A DNA stretch of 64,000 nucleotides from Owenia fusiformis (taxonomy: Eukaryota): contig CAIIXF020000001.1 of the NCBI GenBank assembly GCA_903813345.2, positions 6,882,001-6,946,000 of the forward strand, read 5' to 3'. The notes beneath the pieces were generated by a model that was given only the letters and a program-made list of their open reading frames with translations, did no database searches and was not told where the DNA came from. Every line of letters begins with the position of its first letter. The first letter of the stretch is position 1. Made by a program: the position numbers and the translations under genes. Shown here piece after piece: positions 1 to 11,336 of this stretch.

Positions 1-299
1 TAACCTGCCAACAAGACAGTACAATAATAGGTCCATCACATTAAGATTTACATTTAGATTACACTTCTTGGTTTAAGCACCTTGGTAAAGGTAGATCCGT
101 AGAAATGTAGATATGTAGCTAGAAATTATAATCATGAATATTAGTCAAATATTTGAGTAAATTGTCCAAAATATTATCACAACTCACCTCTGGTCCTTAA
201 AGATTACTTCATTTAATACACTTATTATCTATCTTATGGAAGTACTATGTTTTTCTAACAAATTGAAAATTTAATTTGATTACACTTGTTCTTTTACAG

Positions 300-504
300 G
301 GGTTTCCAAGCCTACATAAAATGTGCTCCAAATTATAATTTTCCAATGTACAGACAGTTGGTTCATGAAATCACTCAAGGATTCAAAAAGATATCTGAGG
401 AGATTGTCAAAATACAGCAAGATTTTGTGGAACTACAGTCAATGCCAAATGTGGCTACATTCATTGAAAAAATACAAGAGGATGAAAAACAAAAACTAGA
501 GTTG
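300..504 (+). CDS. REX1BD: REX1BD/C19orf60 homolog, internal coding exon (earlier exons lie upstream of the window)
   Basis: ttttacAG acceptor, GTGAGT donor at 505. Translates GFQAYIKCAPNYNFPMYRQLVHEITQGFKKISEEIV...EDEKQKLEL, matching the recalled family motif G..Y...P.YDF..YR..VH.VTQ.F...S.EV. Confidence 0.85.
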
Positions 505-616
505 GTGAGTTCACTCAGTAAAATTGGCATGTCAAATCAATCCTTACCTTGCTTGCTTTTATAAAGATGAATAGTTATATGCTAAGAGTGATATGCTTAC
601 AGAAGGAACATTATTG

Positions 617-880
617 GTAAGATGCTAAGAAATCAATCATTGATCAGTAAGATGCTATAAGATCAATTATTGATCAGTAAGATGCTGTAAGATCAATTAT
701 TAATCAGTAAGATGCTAAAAAGATCAATCATTGATCAGTAAGATGCAAGAAGATCACTTAATGATCAGTAAGATGCTTAAAGATCACTCTTTGATCAGTA
801 AGATGCTAAAGGATCAAACACTGATCAGTTAGATTCTAAAAGATCAGTCATTGATCAGTTAGATGCTAAAAGATCAAACA
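617..880. repeat. Intronic ~30-bp minisatellite (gatcagtaagatgctaaaagatcaatcatt), ~9 degenerate copies
   Basis: Tandem repetition visible inside the REX1BD intron. Confidence 0.9.
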
Positions 881-913
881 CATGAGAAAAATAAATACAT
901 TTAAATATTCCAG

Positions 914-1002
914 ACAGTGAAGCTTCAATTAGCAACACAGAACAGCATAGACCACTCAGATACTCAGTCATACAAAGAGGAATGTGAAGATCTCAAGCAA
1001 AG
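914..1002 (+). CDS. REX1BD: REX1BD penultimate coding exon
   Basis: ttccAG acceptor, GTAAAT donor. In frame with the previous exon: TVKLQLATQNSIDHSDTQSYKEECEDLKQ. Confidence 0.8.
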
Positions 1003-1768
1003 GTAAATAATAATATATCTGGAATAATACATATTGGTTTTATTTTGACATTCCCAATAATGCTATTTAACCAGGCTTTATTTTCCCAGGTTACCCTGTA
1101 TTTCTGTTTCTTAGGAGATGATGAAATGACAATATAGAGCACATGTGCTTCATTAAAGTTTTAAAATATTAAAAAAATTACAAAAACGATCTTTGTTTGC
1201 TTTCATTAAAAATTGTTGTTTGTAAGATAAGTTTACATGTGACAATGACCAATCTATTTGTTTTTTTGTCCATCCATCAATACTCTCCAGCCATGAATGA
1301 TTGCTAGTATACCTGGCATCCATCTGAACTCAATGCTCATATCCATATATGGGTCCATAATGGTAATTTACACCATTGATCCCAGTTTGAAATTTTGCCT
1401 CGTTTTGGGTAAATAATTTTTTTTCAGAATATCACAGTTTTGACAATACACGAGTCTGTATCATTTAAAGTGTTCCAAAATCAGATAATATAATGTTACA
1501 ACTTACAATTGATATTGAGAAGCGTGTGTCAGTGTGTCAGATTTCTCTTGACATTCCATACATTTTGCAAAAAGACGTTTTCTTAAAGTTTGCTATCCTT
1601 CATGTATACCAAATTGTTAGTCCATTTGTGAATAAAAGAATCATAAGTAATTTTTACACTTTTGCTGAGAATAATCTTGAACTTAAAAGCAAAGATCTAC
1701 AGTTTATTATACTCATTCACACCTGTTTAGAGGTCTTTAATTTTCCCTGTGATCTTTCTTTGTTTCAG

Positions 1769-1853
1769 TATGAAGGAAACAATAGAACAAATAAACGAGC
1801 ACATAGAAGAACTGAAGTATGAAACTGAAGATCTGTTTTCTCAAGACACATAG
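1769..1853 (+). CDS. REX1BD: REX1BD terminal coding exon
   Basis: Pyrimidine tract plus tttcAG, phase-compatible. (S)MKETIEQINEHIEELKYETEDLFSQDT* resembles the family C-terminus (..KT.E.I.E....L.F/Y). Confidence 0.8.
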
Positions 1854-2533
1854 GAAAATGAAAGAATATTCAGAGACATATAAAATATCTCTGGAATATT
1901 TGCCTACAGTATACAGGGACAAAAATAATAGAATTTATTTTTAAATAATATTTTGGTTTTATTACACTCTATGCAATGAAATTGAACTTTTTTCAATTGA
2001 GATGTGAACAATTTTGAGACAGGCATTGACAACATTCTTGTAATGAGGATATACAAACTGGGAAAGTGCAGAATAAAAGAACAGACAGTGCTTGTGATAA
2101 AATGAAAATGGAACAATAAAAAATACAGTGTAGTAGACTATACAAAAATACAATTATTTTGTACATCAATTTTTGGCTTATACTGTACATTGAAAAGACA
2201 AAGCTCCCTTTTAGAAGCGAAGTCCATTGAATGCAAATTGTATGAAGGTTGGCAATCACTAGAGAAAACGCCAGTGCTATAATTTTCAAGAGATGATGAA
2301 GCATTGTCCTGAAATTCATTTTCATTTATGTCGTCTAGACCCTATACTGGGAATTTTAACTACTGTATGTGAATGTCATATTTTACTTTGTGGACTCTAA
2401 AATTGCAAAAATACTTATATATTGACCTTTAACCTTCATCAAGATGGCATCTGGCTCTTAATATGACATAAAACTAACCCATAGCCTATTTTGGGACGCT
2501 TGAATTGCAAATGGGTATGAAATAATGTATATT

Positions 2534-2669
2534 AGGGAGTTTAAGCTTGCATATAAAATCGAAACGCCAACCTATACTCAAATACGTATGACCAATCGCC
2601 CATACAAATTGCTTAAATATTTTCCGTTCACGTTTAGGTTGTGAAAAACATTGCAAGCTTAAACTCCCT
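2534..2669. mobile_element. Short MITE with 18-bp TIR
   Basis: agggagtttaagcttgca ... tgcaagcttaaactccct perfect inverted repeat. Confidence 0.6.
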
Positions 2670-3384
2670 TTTGACCTTCATTACAGCGACATCTAATGTG
2701 ACATTGACCAACAATGAAGGGGGACCTTAATAATATGGTTCTTCATGATTTAGCGGACTCGTAATATTTGCACATAGACATTCCATGATAGCATTGCCCT
2801 TGGCGATGAGTTAAACCTGGACTTTGACGGGGGGGGGGGGTGGGGTTAAACTCTTCCCACACTCGCTCGAACTGGTAAAAACGTCCGACAAAATAGGGTC
2901 CAGTTTTGAAAAGGGACATTATTTTGAAAAATCTTGACCGAATTTTTCAAGTTCTTAAGCCAGGGTGGGTGCATAGGGGGAGGGGTCATAATCGTATGCA
3001 ACTGCCACACATTCGAAACACAATATGTTAACAAAGTTAAAACAAACAGATTGTTTGAGATCACGAATCTCAAACGATTTATTTGTTTTAAACACATTTA
3101 AAACAATTCCATGTTGATGTTAATTGTTCTGGTGTCCTTTCAAAACGTAAAGTATTAGTAATTGTATGACGTGGATTTACGACTCAAATTTATAATATGA
3201 CGTCATGATTTAATTCACAAGTTCTGAGGATACAATACGCGATTTGTTAACGTTTCCTTGGAGACATAAAGCCTTGTTTTCATTTGAATAAAACAAGACA
3301 ACTGTTTGTTTTGACGATCGTGGAAAATCATCTGGAACCTAAAATCACGGACCTGAAGATAAAATCGACATTATCCTTGATATA

Positions 3385-4572
3385 ATGAATACTGAAAAAG
3401 AAAAGGAAGAGCCCAGTTTTAAACGACAGAGGTTAGAGGCGAATTCGGACGACGAAAGCGAATTTGATGCCCCTGTACGGACGACAAAAAACGAATCTGG
3501 AATACATGTACATGAAGGCGTAGAACATGTCCAACTTATTTCAAATGGACTTGAAGATGCTTCTTATGATATTAAAAAAACTGACACAAATTCTGCTAGT
3601 TTTAGAGCAAATCAGTCTATTAAACCATCCAGGAGAGTTCAAGTTGATAGTTCCAAAATCATGCCAAAGCCAATGCCACCGCCTCAAGCTGTATTACTAA
3701 AGAAAGATACTCCAAAGTTGACTTTGAATAATACACAAACAGTCCATTCTGTATCAAATATTAAAGAATTGTTCCCACAATTTAAAGGTTCAGCGAATAG
3801 ACGAGTGTTTGTTGTAAAACCAATCACCTCGGGTGGTAACAGGAACCCAATCTTGAATAGCAAAGAAGAAACAAAGAATAGAAGTATTGTTTTAAAGACC
3901 GTGTCTACATCGGTGCCAAACGCATTTTCTGTGAAGACCCCGATAGTATTTACGAACGCACTGACAACGTTACCCAGTGTTGTTGCCCATACTGCGGGCA
4001 TTCCTACCGGACCATTCGCATTGATATCAAAAGACCGCTATACATGTGCATTTCCCAATTCTTCAGATTTCCCTACTCACATACCCGACGCGTCTTCAAT
4101 ACAATGTGGACTTCAAAATACGTTCAACATGACGAGCTTCCTCCCCATAAAAGATGTAGATGATATTAAAGTGATAACTAACACACTACATGTAACTGAG
4201 ATGAACAAAAACGAGAGAGATAAACAAAAATGGGTCAATGATAAATCTCGGGAAAACAAGGACATTGCAGAAACTAATATAATTGTAAACGTTTTGTTAG
4301 AACAATGGGAAAGATACCTGTCAATGCCGATGGAAGATATGAAAAAGATAGCATTGCAACAGGCGCGATCACTCAAATACACCGATACTTTCATTGAGCT
4401 CATTGAAGAAACTATGGACGATATCGAAATTTTATCCAAACAATATTGTCTCTATGATATCTCGGTAGATGATATTAATATTCATGTATTCGATACCTTT
4501 GTGGAAGATCGTGGGAATACTATAGCTACTGACGTCAACAAACAAGAAGTTTCCAGTAAAAAATCAATATAA
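3385..4572 (+). CDS. Intronless 395-aa ORF of unknown function (basic N-terminal patch, S/T/P-rich middle, acidic helical C-terminus)
   Basis: 1188-nt ORF in AT-rich DNA where long ORFs are otherwise absent and not explained by a repeat. ATG start, KRQRL NLS-like motif. No family recognised. Confidence 0.6.
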   Translation: MNTEKEKEEPSFKRQRLEANSDDESEFDAPVRTTKNESGIHVHEGVEHVQLISNGLEDASYDIKKTDTNSASFRANQSIKPSRRVQVDSSKIMPKPMPPPQAVLLKKDTPKLTLNNTQTVHSVSNIKELFPQFKGSANRRVFVVKPITSGGNRNPILNSKEETKNRSIVLKTVSTSVPNAFSVKTPIVFTNALTTLPSVVAHTAGIPTGPFALISKDRYTCAFPNSSDFPTHIPDASSIQCGLQNTFNMTSFLPIKDVDDIKVITNTLHVTEMNKNERDKQKWVNDKSRENKDIAETNIIVNVLLEQWERYLSMPMEDMKKIALQQARSLKYTDTFIELIEETMDDIEILSKQYCLYDISVDDINIHVFDTFVEDRGNTIATDVNKQEVSSKKSI

Positions 4573-5206
4573 TTTTACTCAGATTCAGTAGTGTGCATTA
4601 GATCCCAATTGAGTTTTTGATGGGATGTATATTCACAGTATTTAGGTAATAAAGAATGTCGTGCTCGTTAGAAAACCATTGATTGTTCGTTATGCAAATG
4701 TTCACTTGGAAAAGGATCCCATGACCACAAACGTTTGGATTAATATAATTGCATTTATGTCTTCGATGAAGTCTCAATTCAAACTGGCTGCATCGTCAGA
4801 ATTGACGTAGGGAGAGGCTTCTTTATTTACATGTTTATGTGTGAAAAGTGCTAAAGTGTACTAAGTACACGCAAGTGTAACGAAGTTATGGCAAATAAGT
4901 TATCTTCATTAGAATACTGATTTCTCAGTCGACGCATTTGACGGGTGGTATTCCCCAACCGCGTATCCTTTTAATGGTCGTCATCATGTTGATCATAGCC
5001 GTAGCCAGCGGGGGTTTTGTGGGTTCGAACGAACCCCCGGTCAGGATTTCCAAAAATATCATTTTGCGAAATATGCATATAACCAGAAACATTAAATCAC
5101 TTTGCTATTTGAAAACTACATATATGAGCAGTAAATGAATAGATATAATTTTGTTATGGTGAACACGAGAGCCTCATTTCGCTAAAAACATGTCAAAGTG
5201 AAGTTA

Positions 5207-7584
5207 CACTTCCCTCAAAATGTTTGGCAACCTTAGGCACGGGGTGAGATTTAATTTTGGGAAGACCCCAGAGCATGAGATTTTACATTTAGAAATAACA
5301 ATAATTTCGCACAATTAACTTAAAAGCTGCTTCTTCTCGGACAAAATAACCCATCTTGGGTAATGGCTAAATCAGTCCTTTGTAGGAATTTTGTTTTAAG
5401 CCAATTCTGGTCCAATACGAAGTTATTGAAAAATTCAGACGTCCCATACTCCGATGATGAACATTGCCGAATAAATATCTGGAATAGTCGTAATATTGAT
5501 GAAACACATGTTCTTTCAAATGTGTACATCTTTGTTTTGTTTTATTTCAATAAAATTTAAAATATTTCTTGGGACGTCCCTGAGGCTGGCAAGTCCCCGC
5601 GTTAAATAATTCAAAACGCTGTGAAACACCCTATGCAGACAGAGCCTGTGGGAAATATTGGGTGCGGCGCAAATGAGCGGAGGGTGCGGAGCTAACGGTC
5701 ATTTTTGAATTTAAAATTGGGATATTTCTGAAACTAAGCCGTTTTGGGACTTCAAATATACCAAGATATGTGTATTTGACACCAAATATCAATAAAATTG
5801 TGAAAATAGTAGTGCAATTCATTTTATAGCGACGCAGTATGCCTTAAACATTTCCCAGACCTATATATTTTGAGACTATCCTTTTAATACTGCGTCCCCA
5901 GCATTCATAAAAAATGGTGTTCAAGATACACTACCCATGCAAATTATTTTTGCATCTTGGAAGCCAGGCAGTATCTGTGTGATTTTATAAAAATTCGGAA
6001 ATGTTCTTCAGATATGAGCCCCTCTAAATATTGGGTGCGGAGCTACGTTTATGGAGCTGCTCCGCACCCAATATTTAGAGGGGCTCATATCTGAAGAACA
6101 TTTCCGAATTTTTATAAAATCACACAGATCCTGCCTGGCTTCCAAGATGCAAAAATAATTTGTATAGATAGTGCACCTTGAACACCATTTTTTATGAATG
6201 CTGGGGACTCAGTATTAAAAGGATAATTTCAAAATATATAGGTCTGGGAAAAGTTTAAGGCACACTGCGTCGCTATAGAATGAATTGCGCTACTATTTTC
6301 ACAATTGTATTGATATTTGGTGTCAAATACACATATCTTGGTATATTTGAAGTCCCAAAACGGCTTAGTTTCAGAAATATCCCAAATTTAAATTCAAAAA
6401 TAACCGTTAGCTCCGCACCCTCCGCTCATTTGCTCCGCACCCAATATTTCCCACAGGCTCTGTCTGCATAGGGTGTGAAATGAATTATTTAAAAGCGTAT
6501 ATCGTATATTGTTCAATTTATTCATTCTTTCATTTGTTCATTTTATTTATTTACCCATCACTTTTCCAAAGAAAAATCAATCATTGCAAAAAATGATTTT
6601 TTTCCAGATACACTCCACTCATCTAAGAGATTCTATAGAATTCAATTTTTTATCGTTCCAGTTTACTTGCTCTCCATTTTCATGTTAAAGAGAGAATCAG
6701 AGCAGTCTAAACAAAAAATTGTTTCAATTTTAGAATATTTCTGGCTCATGTCGTTCCTTTTCATGTCTATTTTCTAAAAATCACAAAAGTGCATACTTTA
6801 TTCCAGGAAAACTAAAGATTTTTACAAAAATGTACTATTTTTCTATAAAAACGGTTATCATTCTTATTATTTGGGAGAATTTAAACATTTTTGCACTTTG
6901 AATCAATAATAACTTCACCAATTTATTCAAAACGCTGTGAAATGAATTATTTGTGAATCTTTTGGGAGATATTGTATTTGATATTGTAAGGAATGGATTG
7001 GTAATTATACATGTTGCTTGTAATTTTGTTACCCCAGATTTAAGCAATACAACTATCCTGAATAGTTTAAAAAGCCTTCGTGTAAACGTTGTGAAAAGTT
7101 ATCGTAGAAGAACGATCTTTCGGAGTATAGGGTGTTTGCGCCAATTTCAATTACCTTGCATTTGATCCGAACTGGCTTCCAACAAAATTCCTGAAAAATA
7201 GTCATAAGCCATTGCATAAGGTGATTTATTTTGTCCTAGTTGTTTGACTTTTTTTGCACGTTGCCTGTTTATTTTACTTTGTGAACATTAAAGTTACAAA
7301 GCTACAAGGTCATTTTTGAAAATCATTTTTACGTCCTTTGTTATTTCAATGGGAGAGGTTTCTTGATAAAGCCTATTACCTTCAGACTTTGCTTAACGTA
7401 AATAAAGACATCATTTTTGTTAAATAAAATTCAATTGTCTACTTAACTTAATGAAGGTATTAAAATGAATTATATTTCCCCTTCCAAAATAGTTTTTTCT
7501 TTACAAATAAGATTTCAAACTTAAAGGTGCTTTAATACATAAGCCAATGGGTTAATTAGGATTGCCAAACTTTTGGAGGGAGTG
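5207..7584. mobile_element. Non-autonomous Tc1/mariner-like element (TA-flanked), nested
   Basis: TA|cacttccctcaaaatgtttggcaa ... ttgccaaacttttggagggagtg|TA; diverged internal inverted segments 5340-5420 vs 7160-7240. Confidence 0.6.
5627..6475. mobile_element. 849-bp foldback (near-perfect palindrome), CACCCTATG termini, 5-bp TSD TGAAA; copy 1
   Basis: ~415-bp arms with a short loop near 6045-6058; TGAAA on both flanks. Confidence 0.9.
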
Positions 7585-8183
7585 TAATTGTACAAATTGC
7601 ATTTTTTAAGGAACCCTAATGAAGGGGGGGGGATTTGTGAATAACATAAAAATAGAACCCCCGGTCACCAAATCCTGGCTACGCCACTGTTGATCAATTC
7701 AATTCGAAATTCATATTTTCTCATGTACCGTACATAGTATGCATATTAACATATGGAGGGTGTCAATTAAGTACTCTATCCCTCTGATTTACTTTCAAAA
7801 GCATCCTTTGCAATTTCACTTACTCTTTAAAAATAATTCAGTTCTTGGGAGAGTATGGTTTCATGCCTGTTAGTGTACCTCAATGAGTGCACCATTCCGC
7901 ATCTCCTAGAATAAAGTTAATGTCGTATTTCAACATGAATAACATTTGATTTTAGGACATTGGGGGTATCGTGTTTTTGTCTGAAAGAAAAACGTAACAA
8001 CGCTATTTATAGTAATAATTAATTATATATCTACATGACGTGTAGTTTGATATACAGTGTATAATATGAGGTTATACGCAAATACGTATCAAGTCGAAGA
8101 GTTGCATACGCTATCCAGGAGTTGTATATTGTTCTCAAGAGTTAAATACGATGAGTGTTGGTTTTATATTGCAGTTATATAAT

Positions 8184-9032
8184 CACCCTATGCAGACAGA
8201 GCCTGTGGGAAATATTGGGTGCGGAGCAAATGAGCGGAGGGTGCGGAGCTAACGGTTATTTTTGAATTTAAATTTGGGATATTTCTGAAACTAAGCCGTT
8301 TTGGGACTTCAAATATACCAAGATATGTGTATTTGACACCAAATATCAATACAATTGTGAAAATAGTAGCGCAAATCATTCTATAGCGACGCAGTGTGCC
8401 TTAAACCTTTCCCAGACCTATATATTTTGAAATTGTCCTTTTAATACTGAGTCCCCAGCATTCATAAAAAATGGTGTTCAAGGTGCACTATCTATACAAA
8501 TTATTTTTGCATCTTGGAAGCCAGGCAGTATCTGTGTGATTTTATAAAAATTCGGAAATGTTCTTCAGATATGAGCCCCTCTAAATATTGGGTGCGGAGC
8601 AGCTCCATAAACGTAGCTCCGCACCCAATATTTAGAGGGGCTCATATCTGAAGAACATTTCCGAATTTTTATAAAATCACACAGATACTGCCTGGCTTCC
8701 AAGATGCAAAAATAATTTGCATGGGTAGTGTATCTTGAACACCATTTTTTATGAATGCTGGGGACGCAGTATTAAAAGGATAGTCTCAAAATATATAGGT
8801 CTGGGAAATGTTTAAGGCATACTGCGTCGCTATAAAATGAATTGCACTACTATTTTCACAATTTTATTGATATTTGGTGTCAAATACACATATCTTGGTA
8901 TATTTGAAGTCCCAAAACGGCTTAGTTTCAGAAATATCCCAATTTTAAATTCAAAAATGACCGTTAGCTCCGCACCCTCCGCTCATTTGCGCCGCACCCA
9001 ATATTTCCCACAGGCTCTGTCTGCATAGGGTG
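8184..9032. mobile_element. 849-bp foldback, copy 2 (inverted relative to copy 1), 5-bp TSD ATAAT
   Basis: Nearly identical to the reverse complement of 5627-6475; ATAAT on both flanks. Confidence 0.9.
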
Positions 9033-11042
9033 ATAATGCTATTATACAATCATAGCACTTATATAGGGTGGGATAATAAATATATATATAATATGCCTAA
9101 CATTTACCACGTATCCAACATATTTTGTAATCATCCGATCCTATTTTCAGGCACAATTTCATTCATAATACACAAGGCGACACAAGGTCATGAACATTCA
9201 TTTTATATTAGATAAATGAGTTGTATGGTAACTGAACTGCACCGGAGAACGGAGGTATATGAAAGCATCCTTCCACGTCAAACAGTCAAAAGGAAGGAAC
9301 TGGCTCGAAGCTAGAGCCTAATGACCAGAAAATATTGTCTGAGAAAATAAGGTTTCAAAGTCGAAAGTTTTTAAGCAGCTTAGTGCCAATTAGATAGAAT
9401 GAAAGATGAACGTGTCTATTCCCAGTCAGACCCACACATTCTCACTACCTAAGTCGAGATTATCTCCCCGCTAATAAAAAATAGATTGGGATTTGCCGTC
9501 GAAGATCATGATAAATGTAATTAAATCTAGAAGTTATTCATGACACACCAGTTTCTTTCTCTCGACGAATGATCGAGTGAATAGTTGTTAAAAAGCCAGG
9601 ATCTGATTTGTATGACTGATACGTCATTTTTACGTTTCGCTTTTTCCGGACTTGGCAGTTCTGATAAGATCGGCTACTTCCGGAGATATATCAACCGCAT
9701 CTCGATAAGTTAAGTAAGTTCGAATTCCGTGCGTCATCCATCGAAGTTTAATTGATTCTTCGTAGTCCTAAGATATGATTTGAATCATTTTAAGCTGATG
9801 TTTATGTTTATGATGTTTTATTCTAGCCTATTTCAATGTATATTTGTGTTACTGTAACAACCAATTTATTGTCAATCAGCGACATAATATGCGGCCAGCC
9901 ACTCTTAAATTAAAGGTGCAACAATTAGAGCAGGGTGGGGGGGGGCATTCAACGATCATCGACCAGTGTCAAAATATATTTAAGTTTGGATATTTCATCA
10001 AGACTAACAAATATTTTCATTATCTACAAAGAAACCCCCTGGTTGAACATTATTTCAGCTGATATTCCTCTTGAAACGTGGTGAATCTTAAAAATCTATG
10101 AGTGGGACTCCCTTTATAGAAGCTTTGAACTGAATTTACACTTCTTTATGCTGAAATTGATAGTTTATCCATACATTTTAAGAAAATAGGTATGTCAAAG
10201 AAGATGTTAAGCCAAATATTGACCTGATAACTCAGAAAAAATAAAAAATTTCAAATGTTCTCTCTATAGTCCTTGTTGCCCCTTTAATAACTTCCCTTCA
10301 TAATCGGTCAGCTCATCTCACATGACTTTGTAAGAACAACAGACTGCAAATTCTGGCGGGTATTAATGAAATAGCAATTGTATTTATTTTTACCTTATAT
10401 ACTGCCAAAGAAGCCGTCTACTATATTACCTTACGGAGTCCTCGCTGTTATCTTCTTGTGGGGCGCCCCGGACGTAACGATTGTCGATGTCGATATATAT
10501 GTAGAGTACTTCATGTATTGTAATGTTGATAGTTACTTTTAATTCTAATTAGTTCTAACTAGGTTTCATCTGTGGTCCTAATTATCTTATTTCTAATCAT
10601 CTCATTTCTAGTTGTCTCATTTCTACCCAGCTCATCTCATCTCTGCATTTTGCCTGTTTACTCTCAATGCAACTTTTCTCAACTGAACTTATGTGCACTT
10701 TGTTTCTGTGTTTTTGACCTCTATTGATTAGCCTTACTAATTATAAGCCTATTTGAATTCATAAAAACATTTTGATTAACTATTCACAACAACTTACACA
10801 ATTTTATATCACATATACCCACTAGTATTTTTTATATATTAATTGTTGGTTGTACAAAAATGAATTAACCAAAGCAGACCAACAAACAAAACATGGCGAT
10901 AGACAGGATTCCGGATAATAAAGATGATTACAAAAATGACATTTTAGTTATTAACCATTTCAATATACCAACTAACATTAAAATAAAAAAATTGTTAACA
11001 CTGAAAATACATTAGAACAAGAAATCATTGTTCTAGAAGTGA

Positions 11043-11336
11043 TACTAGAGAGCTTTCGATAAGTTTTCAGCCAAAACTATACTGCACCTTTTACTTTTAA
11101 ATGACGTAAACACCACTGGGGAGGAAGGTTTCTCAAAGACCAGGAAGTACATTTCAGTAATCATATTTTGAAACCGGAACTCACGAACTACATACTTGCC
11201 AAATATGTTGTGATTTGAAGGATGTAAGCACCCTATCTTCGTTTCCAGAGTTCCTCCCCAGTGCTATACCTGACTTGTACAAGTACAAGTTTGCGTATAC
11301 GTATTCCAAATAACTTATATCGAAATCTCTCTAGTA
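11043..11336. mobile_element. MITE family with TAGAGAG(A/C)TTTCG-type TIR; related copies at ~44283-44575 and from 63941
   Basis: tactagagagctttcga ... tcgaaatctctctagta; internal atcatattttgaaaccggaact and acatacttgccaaatat shared with ~44460-44500. Confidence 0.6.

Larger units (their letters stand above)
4994..7689. mobile_element. CA...TG-ended MITE (CAGTGGCGTAGCCAG-type TIR) with 5-bp TSD TTGAT; host of two nested insertions
   Basis: catagccgtagccag at 4994 and ctggctacgccactg ending 7689; TTGAT on both flanks; gaacccccggtca near both ends. Confidence 0.7.

Noticed and set aside
3684-4439. Minus-strand 105-aa and 108-aa ORFs
   Set aside because: Antisense shadows of the 395-aa ORF.
5631-9028. 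Four 63-aa ORFs (MNCTTIF...) as a gene family
   Set aside because: They are the four arms of two palindromic transposons.
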